A stretch of 64,000 nt of DNA from the IMG/VR virus record IMGVR_UViG_3300036885_000228, positions 30,368-94,367 of that record; one strand, 5' to 3'. The position numbers and the translations under genes were made by a program. This document shows, one piece after another, positions 10,041-19,990 of the stretch (position 1 is the stretch's first letter; each line of letters opens with the position of its first letter). Below the pieces are notes generated by a model. It saw only the letters and a list, made by a program, of their open reading frames with translations. It searched no databases and was not told where the DNA came from. The stretch is from a virus (taxonomy: Duplodnaviria > Heunggongvirae > Uroviricota > Caudoviricetes).

Positions 10041-10544
10041 ATGAGTGCTACAGTAAGCGTCAAACAAGTTGTTGGAGGTGGAGCTGGAACAGCTACCACT
10101 ATCACAAACTTGAGACACAATACCGATGACACAATCAATCCAGGAACAACCAATCCTTTGGTTAAACCGGCTGCAGGAACGAATTATGGTTATTGGAAGA
10201 CAGTCTATCTGAATGCAGATACTGCTCCTTCTAATGTGATCAATAATGTACGTTTCTTCTCTGATGGAACCGTTGGTTGGACTGGCGTAACTCTTTATTC
10301 GGGTACAACCACTGCTTATACTCAAGCAACTGGAACTGCTGGAACTACTGGTGATGTTTCTAGTGTTGCTACAACCAACATTGAAACTTATACTTCGGGT
10401 TCTCCGTTGTCAGTTAGTGGTTCGATTACCGCTGCGACTGGTGTTATTTCAGCGAATGTTATTTTGCAAGCGAGAGTTTCTACTTCCGCAGTTGCAGGAA
10501 CATTGGCTCAGGAAACGACTACTTTCAGATATGACGAAACTTAG
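10041..10544 (+). CDS. Thr/Gly/Ser-rich putative structural protein
   Basis: 167-aa ORF after a 180-bp spacer that contains TGACATC direct repeats. Composition (TTAYTQATGTAGTTG..) suggests a structural or fibre-like protein. Confidence 0.45.
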   Translation: MSATVSVKQVVGGGAGTATTITNLRHNTDDTINPGTTNPLVKPAAGTNYGYWKTVYLNADTAPSNVINNVRFFSDGTVGWTGVTLYSGTTTAYTQATGTAGTTGDVSSVATTNIETYTSGSPLSVSGSITAATGVISANVILQARVSTSAVAGTLAQETTTFRYDET

Positions 10545-10620
10545 AGAGTAGATAATTATTTAGGGTTGTTTAATACAATAAACTCTCTTACTAATTATTA
10601 ATTAAATTAAATTCAAAAAT

Positions 10621-10989
10621 ATGAACGAGTATAATTGGGTGGTTTATTATGCTGATGGTAGTAAACTAACTGAAAAAAAAGAAGATGGGACATTAAGAAG
10701 TACACAAGATATTGATAGGTCTAAACTTAAAATCTTTCAGCTTTTTGATGGAGAGGTATTAAAATATTCTTTATTTTTGAAAGAAGGACAAAGATTTATT
10801 TTTAGAAGAAGAAAGACTATTAATTGTGCAAGCCAAGTATTAGATATTGTGTATTTGATTGGTTATCAATTTAATGACACAACAGGAAAGAATTATAAAG
10901 TCTTAAATTATGTCCATATAGATGGACTAATAGAAATGGATGATGACCGTAGTGATTTAGTTTTATTACAAGAAGAAGAAATTAAATAA
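10621..10989 (+). CDS. Hypothetical protein
   Basis: 122-aa ORF with no recognisable motif. Confidence 0.4.
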   Translation: MNEYNWVVYYADGSKLTEKKEDGTLRSTQDIDRSKLKIFQLFDGEVLKYSLFLKEGQRFIFRRRKTINCASQVLDIVYLIGYQFNDTTGKNYKVLNYVHIDGLIEMDDDRSDLVLLQEEEIK

Positions 10990-11004
10990 TTAATAAACAA
11001 ATTT

Positions 11005-12825
11005 ATGCGTGGTGGTAAGCTTAAAATTTTGTGGAGTTCTGTTTCACCTCAAGTTGAAACGGGATATGGAAGAGTTTCAAAAGAAATAGTTACAAGATTA
11101 AAAAAAGCAGGATTCGATATTATATATCACGGATATCAGCATCAGTTCAACCAGGATTGGGATGGTATCCAGATTTTAAAAACAGGAGAAAAAGAGCAAT
11201 TTGGTGAAGATGTTCTTACAAAATATTTTAATAAATATGAAAGAGATGTGGTAATTACTCTTTTCGACTTGTGGAAATTAAATTTTATGCCTAAGTTAGG
11301 TATTCGATGGATTCCATATTTTCCAATTGATGCAGCACCACTGACTGAACCTTTAATTGAACCTGCTAAATCTGCGTATAAGAGAATTTGTTTTAGTGAT
11401 TTTGCAAAAGAATTACTTGATAATGCAGGTATAGAAAATTCAATGATACCTCACGGTATTGATACAAAAGTCTTTAAGCCTCTGACTAATCGAGACGAAT
11501 TAAGAAAGAATTCAGGAATTGATAAAGATGATTTTATCATAGGTACAGTTGGAATGAATATTTTCGACAGAAAAGACTTTCCAAGAATGATTCGGATATT
11601 TAGTGAATTTGTTCATAAGAATAAATTAGAAAATGCTTATCTATATTTACATACTAATCCAGACATTGAACCGCCATTTGGTTTTAATATCAAAGTTTTA
11701 GCAAAACAATATAGAGTTGAGAAATTTGTAAGATGTTTTCAAAAGAATCCATTTGTTGAACCTTTACAGAATACAGGTTTAGCAAAAATGTATAACACCT
11801 TTGATGTGACAATGATAACGAGTCGTGCAGAAGGTTGTTGTTTACCAGTTTTAGAATCTCAAGCCTGTGGAGTTCCTTGCATTGTTTCTGATTATTCGGC
11901 AACTCCAGAATGGGTTAGAGGTCATGGTTGGACAGTTAAAGCGGATGACTATATTCACGCTTTAACAACTACAATGATGAACCATTGGCATTTGATGGAT
12001 ATTAATGAAGGAGTTAAAGCATTAGAAGATGCATATTTTAATAGAGGAAAAATCAAAAAATATGGAAAAATTGCAAGAGAAGAAATGCTAAAATATGATT
12101 GGGATAAGATTGTTGAAGAGAAATGGGTACCATATTTGAATGCTTTAGAAAAAGAAATATATTCTGAAACAAGAAAAATTAAAGTCAATGGTAAAGAAAT
12201 GATTGTCAGAAATGATACCATTGATGAACTTGTAGTGAATTCAGTAATAGGTCAAGGTGAGTATCGAAAAATGATTGAACTGACTAAAAAAGATAGATGG
12301 TTAGACATTGGTGGACATATTGGTTCATTTACGGTCGATATATCAAATGAAGTTGAAAATGTTTATATTTTTGAACCTGTTAAAGATAATTGGAAATTAT
12401 TGTTAAAAAACACAGAAAGTTTTACTAATGTAGGGACATATAATTACGCAATAATTGGTACTGATGATAAGACCAGAAAACTGAATCTTTTTTTACAAGG
12501 TGAACAAAATACTGGAGGGCATTCCTTAATTGGTGAAGGAGACGGAGAAGAAATCAAATGCAAAAATATAAATAATGTACTTGATGAATTCGGAATCAAT
12601 AAAATTAAATTAGATTGTGAAGGTAGTGAATATGAGATATTGAAAGCAATCACAGAGGATAATTTAAAGAAGATGAAAGAGATTATTCTTGAATACCATT
12701 TTAATCTTTTGGGTTTATCAAAATTTGAAGAACTGGTTAAATATCTTGAACCGAATTTTAAAGTTAATATTTCTAGATATATTGACATTGCTGGACAAAC
12801 TATTATTCATTGTAAAAGATTATAA
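11005..12825 (+). CDS. Glycosyltransferase (GT1/GT4-like) fused to an FkbM-family methyltransferase domain
   Basis: The N-terminal ~370 aa have the GT-B C-terminal signature (..ESQACGVPCIVSDYSATPEWV.., EX7E-like). The C-terminal ~200 aa match FkbM methyltransferases (..WLDIGGHIGSFTVD.., ..KIKLDCEGSEYEILKAI..). Confidence 0.7.
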   Translation: MRGGKLKILWSSVSPQVETGYGRVSKEIVTRLKKAGFDIIYHGYQHQFNQDWDGIQILKTGEKEQFGEDVLTKYFNKYERDVVITLFDLWKLNFMPKLGIRWIPYFPIDAAPLTEPLIEPAKSAYKRICFSDFAKELLDNAGIENSMIPHGIDTKVFKPLTNRDELRKNSGIDKDDFIIGTVGMNIFDRKDFPRMIRIFSEFVHKNKLENAYLYLHTNPDIEPPFGFNIKVLAKQYRVEKFVRCFQKNPFVEPLQNTGLAKMYNTFDVTMITSRAEGCCLPVLESQACGVPCIVSDYSATPEWVRGHGWTVKADDYIHALTTTMMNHWHLMDINEGVKALEDAYFNRGKIKKYGKIAREEMLKYDWDKIVEEKWVPYLNALEKEIYSETRKIKVNGKEMIVRNDTIDELVVNSVIGQGEYRKMIELTKKDRWLDIGGHIGSFTVDISNEVENVYIFEPVKDNWKLLLKNTESFTNVGTYNYAIIGTDDKTRKLNLFLQGEQNTGGHSLIGEGDGEEIKCKNINNVLDEFGINKIKLDCEGSEYEILKAITEDNLKKMKEIILEYHFNLLGLSKFEELVKYLEPNFKVNISRYIDIAGQTIIHCKRL

Positions 12826-12848
12826 GTTTGACATAACTTCAGAACACG

Positions 12849-15800
12849 ATGATATATGATGCTCTAATACAATATGATGCGTCAAATACCACTTATGATG
12901 GTAAGACGTTAAATATAGATAAAACTTTTACTAATGATGGGATTGTCAAAGTTTTAAATAATGACAAAGCATTTATTGAAGATGCTATTGTTAAAGTTTT
13001 AGACAACTCAAAAACTTTTACTACTGATGCAATTGTTAAGGTACTAAATAGTGTTCAGACTTTTACAAATGATGGAGTACTTAAGACATTAAATATTGAT
13101 AAAACTTTCACGGAAGATGGAGTTATTAAAGTTTTCAATAATGATAAAGACTTTATTAATGATGGGGTTGTTAAAATACTAGACAATGAGTCAACTTTTA
13201 CAGAAGATGGACTTGTCCGTGAAACGTTTGACGGAATATTCACAAATGATGGAATAGTTCGAGATACATTCATACAAATATTTACTGAAGATGGAATCAT
13301 TGAAGTTTTTAATACTGATAAAAATTTCACTAATGATGGAGTCATTAAAGTTCTCGATAATCTCACTATTTTTACAGAAGATGGTTTAATCCGTGAAACT
13401 TTCGTTAAAACATTCACGAATGATGCTATTGTCAAAATTTTAAATATAGTCAAGACATTCACTAATAATGGATATGTTCAAGAAATTGGTGATTCAGCAA
13501 TTGATACTGATGGGTTAATTCGAGAAACTTTTGATATAACAATTGATGAAGACGGCTTAGTCAGAGAAACTCTTGATAAGAATTTCATTGAAGATGGTTT
13601 AGTTCGTGATACTCTTATTGAAACTTTCATTGAAGATGGTCTTATTCGTGATACGTTCATTACAACTTTTACTCAAGACTGTCTTGTTCGTGATACTTTT
13701 GAATTAGATTTAACGGAAGATGGTGTAATCAAAACTCTTGATAATAATAGTAGTTTTACAAATGGAGGTCTCATTCAAGATACTTTTGATAATTTTTTTA
13801 CGGACGATGGTTTAGTTAGTGGACTTATTGAGTTTACAATTGATGGTATTATATTTGGTACTCTCGATTTAGATTTCACTAATGATGGTAGAGTTAAAGA
13901 AATTCAATCTCAAATTTTTGGTAATGATGGAATTGTTAAGACTTTTGATAATAATTCAGACTTTACTGAAGACGGAGTAGTTAAAGTTTTTGACAATAAT
14001 TTAACCTTTACAGAAAATGCATTACTTAAAATTGTAAATATTGATGAAACTTTTACTACTGATGCAATTGTTAAAGCTACTTCAACTATCAACTTTTTCA
14101 ATAATGGAATTGTTTTTGATGCAAATGTAATTACTGGATCTTTTCATAATAAAAGTTTTTATTATAAAATTTTAAAATCGAATGGTACATATATTACGAC
14201 CTGGTCGTCTGAAGTAGTTAATGATCCAACTTTTAAGTCTGTCATCAATGGGGGTTTGTCAGAATTAATAATTAAACTTGCTAGAGAATTCAATTCAATT
14301 GATGAAGATGATTCAAATCGAGATATAAATTTTAGAAATGAAATTCAATTATGGATTCAAGATCTTGAAGAACCAAATGGTCTATTAATTTATGATGGAT
14401 TTATTTCGGATTATAGTCCATACCTTGATGGAAATGATGAATATATTAATGTAACATGCCTTGGTTATGTTGACGATTTAAGTTCATCTGAGTTAATTGA
14501 TTCAAATCATAATACTGCTATCACGTATCCATCATCACTTCATCCACAGACTGATCCAGGGGATATCATTAAAAATATTCTAATTCTAAGTGCTGGTAAA
14601 ATTACTGGAACTTCAACAGTTTTTAATACTGGAACATCTGTCAATTATACATTTAATAATTCGACAGTAAAAGACGCAATTGATAAAGCAAAAGATATGT
14701 CTTTAGCTGATTGGTATTGGTTTGTCGGTGTTGACAATAAATTGCATTTTCAGGAATCTAATGTTACAGTTGATCATACTTTATTTATTGAACGAGACAT
14801 TTTGAAGATTGACACATATAAGACTATTCGTGATTTAAAGAATGAAGTTCGGTTCATCGGTGGATATACGAATCCACTTGATCCTACTGATACGACTCAA
14901 TTATACAAGGTTTATCAAGATTCTGCATCAATAGCATTGTATGGAAAAAGAAGTCATACAATTGTCGACACAAAAGTCATAGTTGAAACAACTGCTAATG
15001 CTCAAGCAAATAAATTTTTAGAAGAACATAAAGACCCATTTGTTCGTTCAACTATTGAAGTTATTGATAGTAATGGAGACCAGACAAGGGGTTATGATAT
15101 TGAAAGTTTAAAGCCAGGAGATACAGTTCAAATCATTGATCCAAGAATGCCATCAGATTCACAAGTTTATTCTTTTTCTCAGCCTTTTATAATTCAAACA
15201 GTAACTTATGAATTTGATAAAGCTACTATTGAGCTTTCGGTAAGACCGCCCTGGATTGCTCTTGCACTTCAGAGACAAATTAATGCTTTATCACAGGATC
15301 AGAATTCAAATATCCCAACTCATCCGATTGGAACTGGTGTTGATGATCTTTCGACTATTGTTAATACTCAGGTTTATGGTGCTGATAATCAGCCAGGACA
15401 ATTAGTTGTTCTCAATGGAAAGTTAACAGTTACAGATTCTGGAGGAACTACAACAATTTCTGGTGGAAAAGTTACAACTTCTGGAGTCGACTTCGTAGTT
15501 GTTGGTTCAAATAATATTGTCGCAACTATAAATGCTTCAATAGAAGGTATAACAATTGCAGCTAATAAAATAACAATTAGTGGTTCGACTACTTTTACAT
15601 CTGGATATGACCCGTCAACAAAAGTCGCAGCTCTTGCTGGAACGTATTCTAGTGCGACGATAGGTCCTAAAGTTCAGATATTTCCAGATGCAAATACTGG
15701 TATTGTAATAAATAATGGGACAAATGATGTATTTGTTTCAAAAGTTGGAGGAGTAGATGTTGGTGATGTGATTATTGGAAATTATTCTACTGGTCAGGGA

Positions 15801-16598
15801 ATAAAATATGATAGTTCTGCTAATACTACAACTTTTCAAGGTGCGATTGCTGCTGCAACAGTTTCTAGTGGTTCAATAGTTATTGATACAAATGGAAATA
15901 TCAGAAGTGGTCAAACTGCTTATAATACAGGAACAGGTTTTTGGTTTGGTAGTGTCAGTAGCATCCCAAAGTTTTCAATTGGAAATTCTGCTGGAAATCG
16001 AATTACTTGGGATGGTTCAACTCTTAATGTTGTTGGTTATATTGCAACAAATGGTGCTTTAGTTGATGTTCAAAACAATGCATCTGATTTATCGACTATT
16101 AGGCCAGGTCTTGGAAATATTACTTCTGGAACATTTAAAGTTAGTACAAGTATTGCAATTCAAAAAAGTACTTCTGTAGCTGTTGGGTATATTGGACAAG
16201 ACCCAGGAGCTACTGGAATTTGGGGGTTTATTGCTGAAAGAGGATATGGTTTAATGTGCAGATATTCTGGAAATAATTACTTTCGTATTTTTGTAGATTC
16301 GGGAGGTAGCAATGATGCAATTATTGATTTGCCAAGTCCGAATATGTTAAAGATTCAGGATAATGATGGTAGTGCTATTGCTAGATTTTATGGAAGTAAT
16401 GCTGGATTTACGAATCAAGGAGGATTAGACATGATAGGTTCTCTCCGTTTATTTACTACAAATACTCCACCGACTGGAGCTTCAAATGGCATATTGTTTT
16501 ATCATACTACATGGAATGAAGTTTGGGCTTATCTAAATGGTGCTTGGCATGCTTTTGCAGATAAAGATTGGGTTACTGCTAATTTTGTTCATAAATAA
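12849..16598 (+). CDS. Giant fibre/host-specificity protein (N-terminal FTEDG repeat array, C-terminal beta-rich domain)
   Basis: 1249 aa. About 25 tandem 16-aa repeats (12900-14100). Downstream are Gly/Thr/Ser-rich beta-strand-like segments (..TVTDSGGTTTISGGKVTTSGVDFVVVGS..). Confidence 0.7.
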   Translation: MIYDALIQYDASNTTYDGKTLNIDKTFTNDGIVKVLNNDKAFIEDAIVKVLDNSKTFTTDAIVKVLNSVQTFTNDGVLKTLNIDKTFTEDGVIKVFNNDKDFINDGVVKILDNESTFTEDGLVRETFDGIFTNDGIVRDTFIQIFTEDGIIEVFNTDKNFTNDGVIKVLDNLTIFTEDGLIRETFVKTFTNDAIVKILNIVKTFTNNGYVQEIGDSAIDTDGLIRETFDITIDEDGLVRETLDKNFIEDGLVRDTLIETFIEDGLIRDTFITTFTQDCLVRDTFELDLTEDGVIKTLDNNSSFTNGGLIQDTFDNFFTDDGLVSGLIEFTIDGIIFGTLDLDFTNDGRVKEIQSQIFGNDGIVKTFDNNSDFTEDGVVKVFDNNLTFTENALLKIVNIDETFTTDAIVKATSTINFFNNGIVFDANVITGSFHNKSFYYKILKSNGTYITTWSSEVVNDPTFKSVINGGLSELIIKLAREFNSIDEDDSNRDINFRNEIQLWIQDLEEPNGLLIYDGFISDYSPYLDGNDEYINVTCLGYVDDLSSSELIDSNHNTAITYPSSLHPQTDPGDIIKNILILSAGKITGTSTVFNTGTSVNYTFNNSTVKDAIDKAKDMSLADWYWFVGVDNKLHFQESNVTVDHTLFIERDILKIDTYKTIRDLKNEVRFIGGYTNPLDPTDTTQLYKVYQDSASIALYGKRSHTIVDTKVIVETTANAQANKFLEEHKDPFVRSTIEVIDSNGDQTRGYDIESLKPGDTVQIIDPRMPSDSQVYSFSQPFIIQTVTYEFDKATIELSVRPPWIALALQRQINALSQDQNSNIPTHPIGTGVDDLSTIVNTQVYGADNQPGQLVVLNGKLTVTDSGGTTTISGGKVTTSGVDFVVVGSNNIVATINASIEGITIAANKITISGSTTFTSGYDPSTKVAALAGTYSSATIGPKVQIFPDANTGIVINNGTNDVFVSKVGGVDVGDVIIGNYSTGQGIKYDSSANTTTFQGAIAAATVSSGSIVIDTNGNIRSGQTAYNTGTGFWFGSVSSIPKFSIGNSAGNRITWDGSTLNVVGYIATNGALVDVQNNASDLSTIRPGLGNITSGTFKVSTSIAIQKSTSVAVGYIGQDPGATGIWGFIAERGYGLMCRYSGNNYFRIFVDSGGSNDAIIDLPSPNMLKIQDNDGSAIARFYGSNAGFTNQGGLDMIGSLRLFTTNTPPTGASNGILFYHTTWNEVWAYLNGAWHAFADKDWVTANFVHK

Positions 16599-16647
16599 AA
16601 TCAAAATATTAAAGGTCGAATTTATAAAATAGTTAATAATCAAATTT

Positions 16648-16824
16648 ATGGAAATTGAGAAAAAAATAGTTGAAGTAGAGGAAAAGTTAAAAAAAGACAT
16701 TGAATTGTATCAACAATTTCAAAAACAGATGCAAGAACTTGGAAATGAAATTCTTGCAGAGCAGGGTGCTGTTAAGGCATTGAAAGAAGTAGTTGAGTCT
16801 GGTAAAAATAAACTTGCAAATTAA
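16648..16824 (+). CDS. Small coiled-coil protein (58 aa, below ORF-track cutoff)
   Basis: ATG 16648 to TAA 16822-16824: MEIEKKIVEVEEKLKKDIELYQQFQKQMQELGNEILAEQGAVKALKEVVESGKNKLAN. Confidence 0.3.
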   Translation: MEIEKKIVEVEEKLKKDIELYQQFQKQMQELGNEILAEQGAVKALKEVVESGKNKLAN

Positions 16825-16896
16825 TTCAAATAGCCTCATCCTTCTGGTAAGTATTAGCAATATTGAACCACCGCATGTTGCTAATCACTTATCAGA

Positions 16897-17838
16897 GTGA
16901 TGGGGCTATTCAAAAGTATGATAAAGACTTCTTATACAAAAAACTGGTTACCCTACAAATCGGCACTAAAATTACAATTTATCAATGCAGGATTGACAAA
17001 AGCATTTGATACAAATTTTTGCATTACTTTTTCTACTCTTTTTAGTATTGAAAATTTGATGAATTATAAAATTGCAAAAGGATTGTATTCTGTAGATGAT
17101 GTCAAATGGCTTAATGACAATGGGTACATGAAAAATGGATTAGTTGATTTTTCTCCAAGATTTACTGGAACTCTTGGCAATACTACAATTTATGGAAATA
17201 CTCAGTGGAACATCAGCAATTCAATTTATGCTTATGGTTTGATTCCAGAAAAAATGCATCCTAACATAGCAGATAATTGGGGTGAGTATTCTGACCATAT
17301 GTTAATAACTCAAGAAATGAAAGATTTAGGGCAAGAATTTTTGAAAAGATTTCAAATTGATATTGAACCTGCTACTGATCTTTCCAATTTAATTTATTCT
17401 CCACTCCAATGTATTGTAAAATTTGCAGATGGTGATGGAATACTCTCACCAAGTGGAAAGACAAATCATGGTGTTGAGATTATAGATGATGGAGACAGTT
17501 TAACTTATTGTGAAATTAAAGATTCATACTGGCAGGAAATTAAGAAATATGACCGAAGTAAAGTGTTCTATTTGCAAAATATTTTTATTAATTCAAAACA
17601 TACAACTATGGACACTCAAAATTTCATAGCAACTCATGAAAAGAAGATCATTTTTGAAGGTACTCCTGGTTCAAAGGGTAGATTTGGAATTATAATCAAT
17701 GGTCAAAATAGAGAAATAACTTCTGACAGAGCAGCTCAAGCATGTTTGTATGCCTTTGTAAATGCCAGGACTCTACCATTTGGTATAACAATCCAGACTG
17801 ATTTATTTGACTCAATTCCAAAGGGTAAAAACTTTTAG
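16897..17838 (+). CDS. Papain-like (C1-like) cysteine peptidase
   Basis: 313 aa. ..DTNFCITFSTLFSIEN.. resembles the papain CGSCWAFS nucleophile region. A later ..TNHGVEIIDDGD.. and ..KDSYWQE.. resemble the His and Asn/Trp segments. Confidence 0.5.
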   Translation: MMGLFKSMIKTSYTKNWLPYKSALKLQFINAGLTKAFDTNFCITFSTLFSIENLMNYKIAKGLYSVDDVKWLNDNGYMKNGLVDFSPRFTGTLGNTTIYGNTQWNISNSIYAYGLIPEKMHPNIADNWGEYSDHMLITQEMKDLGQEFLKRFQIDIEPATDLSNLIYSPLQCIVKFADGDGILSPSGKTNHGVEIIDDGDSLTYCEIKDSYWQEIKKYDRSKVFYLQNIFINSKHTTMDTQNFIATHEKKIIFEGTPGSKGRFGIIINGQNREITSDRAAQACLYAFVNARTLPFGITIQTDLFDSIPKGKNF

Positions 17839-17870
17839 TGAGATATTCATTATTATACAGGTTCTAAAAT

Positions 17871-17898
17871 CCCACCTAAAAATAGGTGGTTTTTTTTG
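17871..17898 (+). terminator. Rho-independent terminator closing the late/structural operon
   Basis: cccacct-aaaaat-aggtggt hairpin followed by an 8-T run. Confidence 0.8.
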
Positions 17899-18053
17899 TG
17901 TAGTTTACAAACTTTAATAAATATGTTATAATCAATTTATGGTTAAAAGATGTTAACTTGTTCAGTATCTTGAATTTTTTATTTATAAATGTTTATAAAA
18001 ATTCATTGTTAATAACTTCTAGATTAACCTAATATTAAACAAAATATCACCTA

Positions 18054-18082
18054 TTTACAAACCTTTACAAATGGTATATAAT
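18054..18082 (+). promoter_or_regulatory. Sigma70-like promoter TTTACA-N17-TATAAT inside 130-bp conserved element, copy A
   Basis: TTTACA 18054-18059, 17-nt spacer, TATAAT 18077-18082. Element A spans about 17949-18083. Confidence 0.6.
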
Positions 18083-18210
18083 GATTATAGGTGGTTGGAA
18101 AGAGGATAGTTCATTACAATTGAATAAACTTACAAACTTAAAAAAAATAACGATTCTTTCAATAGCAGAAAATTAAATTTTCTTCCTCTGAAAGAACAAC
18201 TCTAAAAAAT

Positions 18211-18417
18211 ATGAAACTTTATACTTTTACAGACAAAAATGGAGAAATCATTACACAAGTAAGAGCTAATAATCATGATGAAGCATTAAAAACTTTATCA
18301 ACAACTAAAAAAGTAAATTTCATGACTGATTTTTACTCTGAAAATCTTTGTCCGATTTGTGAAGGAATTGAAGATACAGATGGAAGATGTGGATGTACAA
18401 ATAAGGACTCAAATTAA
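18211..18417 (+). CDS. Small early protein (Cys-rich C-terminus)
   Basis: 68-aa ORF. CPICEG..CGC motif. Confidence 0.4.
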   Translation: MKLYTFTDKNGEIITQVRANNHDEALKTLSTTKKVNFMTDFYSENLCPICEGIEDTDGRCGCTNKDSN

Positions 18418-18483
18418 AACTTTTATAATCATAAATTTCTCTGGTTAACTGGAAACAACTTAACCAGAAGTGAACAGATAAAT

Positions 18484-18888
18484 ATGTACAAAGAACTCAA
18501 AGCAATGTACAATGAAGAATTCAAGAAAGTTTTAGCAAAATATAAATCACAGGGAGAAGGAGTAGTTGATATCGCAGTAGGAAGTGGAGGAGTAGATAAG
18601 GTCTTCCATGAAAAAGAATTTTTCTGGTGCGGATTCAATACTTTCGTCATTGATAGAGATCCAAAAAACAAACCATTAATCAAACAACTTGAAGATGATG
18701 GAGCCACAGTTGAAAGATTTCATAATTGGTTTGGTTATAAAGGAAAATGGACTGGATATGAAGTAAGACTCTCAAACAATAATGATGGAAATGGATATTA
18801 TACAATTGAAGAAGAAGCACTTGGAAATATCTCAAAACATCTTAATTCTCTTGGCTATTCAACTCAAGTTTATAGCCGATTGGACTAA
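18484..18888 (+). CDS. Hypothetical early protein
   Basis: 134-aa ORF. Confidence 0.4.
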   Translation: MYKELKAMYNEEFKKVLAKYKSQGEGVVDIAVGSGGVDKVFHEKEFFWCGFNTFVIDRDPKNKPLIKQLEDDGATVERFHNWFGYKGKWTGYEVRLSNNNDGNGYYTIEEEALGNISKHLNSLGYSTQVYSRLD

Positions 18889-18916
18889 GTATTATAAATT
18901 AAATTAAAATAATTAT

Positions 18917-19135
18917 ATGACAAAAGAATATCATTTTAAGTCAACAAGAGGAAATGATCAAGAATATCTTATACGGAGAGCAATTGAAAATCAAAAGCAT
19001 TTCGTAATTGAAGTCTACAATGGAGGAAAATCGTTTCCAGCAATTATCAGTGGACGTTACTCGTCTCTTAAAAAAGCAAAAGATGCAATGGGGTTACATA
19101 ATACAAATGGAATAATCCCTTGGGGAAACATCTAA
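18917..19135 (+). CDS. Hypothetical early protein
   Basis: 72-aa ORF. Confidence 0.35.
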   Translation: MTKEYHFKSTRGNDQEYLIRRAIENQKHFVIEVYNGGKSFPAIISGRYSSLKKAKDAMGLHNTNGIIPWGNI

Positions 19136-19171
19136 GAATAATCTAATTAAAATAACGTAATCAAAAATTGT

Positions 19172-19486
19172 ATGAAAATGTATAATGCAACAGGAATTGT
19201 TTGGGGCAAATATTGGGGAGGTGGAGAAGGTGGATATGCCGCAACCAAAATTTACGGTGAAACTTCTAAAGAAAAGCTTTTAGCAAAAGCAAATCAAATG
19301 TTAAAAGATGGTTCTTTAGACTCTGGAATGGGATATGAAGAATTGATTGGTGCAAAGTTAGAGATTGAAGAAGTTGACCAAAGGACGTTTGATAAGAAAT
19401 TATTTACTCATAGAGAATTTGAGACCGAATATATCGGTAAACTTTCTAATGAGACAATTGATTTCTTAGAAACGATAGATTTATAA
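19172..19486 (+). CDS. Hypothetical early protein
   Basis: 104-aa ORF. Confidence 0.4.
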   Translation: MKMYNATGIVWGKYWGGGEGGYAATKIYGETSKEKLLAKANQMLKDGSLDSGMGYEELIGAKLEIEEVDQRTFDKKLFTHREFETEYIGKLSNETIDFLETIDL

Positions 19487-19592
19487 TTCAAAATAATAAC
19501 GGTTTGCCAGTGGCGGAGGATGACAAGCAGGTGGACGAGGTTATTCGTTATTTCCTTGTTCATCTCCTCCGCTGGTAGACTACAAAAATGTA

Positions 19593-19723
19593 TGACAATC
19601 AAAAAAGCAGAATTTATGGCCTATGAAGATGTAAGATTAAGTGGAGTCACAAACATGTTTGCAGTTACGACAGTTTGTGCTTTAACAGGATTATCAAAAG
19701 AAAAAGTTCTTGAGATAATGTAA
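19593..19723 (+). CDS. Small putative HTH DNA-binding protein (alternative start 19520 lies inside a GC-rich hairpin)
   Basis: MTIKKAEFMAYEDVRLSGVTNMFAVTTVCALTGLSKEKVLEIM. The C-terminal half looks like a helix-turn-helix. Confidence 0.35.
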
Positions 19724-19763
19724 CGGTATTCAGAATTAGAAACTAATTTTATCAAAAACTAAT

Positions 19764-19979
19764 ATGAAAAGTAAAAATGACATAAATCGAATGATTGAAA
19801 AAATCACGAAAGATAATCAACATGTATTGGATTGTGGTCCAGCGACAGTAGACATTAATGCTCCAAGAGCATTGATGCAATTAGCAACAACGGTGGCACT
19901 TGATAATTTATATTGGGTGTTAGGAAAAATAAAAAGACCAAGGTTCAGATGCGATGATAATAGTAAAATAAATTGTTAA
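19764..19979 (+). CDS. Hypothetical early protein
   Basis: 71-aa ORF. Confidence 0.35.
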   Translation: MKSKNDINRMIEKITKDNQHVLDCGPATVDINAPRALMQLATTVALDNLYWVLGKIKRPRFRCDDNSKINC

Positions 19980-19990
19980 ACTAAATTAAT

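Noticed and set aside
10351-10551. ORF 10351..10551 (+) and 10029..10325 (-)
   Set aside because: Fully nested in the 10041..10544 gene, in other frames and with implausible composition.
1171-14101. Minus-strand ORFs rich in PSSVK repeats (4552..4950, 13055..13462, 13478..13660, 13910..14101, 2827..3066, 1171..1380)
   Set aside because: They are the antisense reading of the + strand FTEDG 48-bp repeat arrays. Any periodic repeat yields long open frames on the opposite strand. No independent start or RBS context, and they lie wholly inside strong + strand genes.
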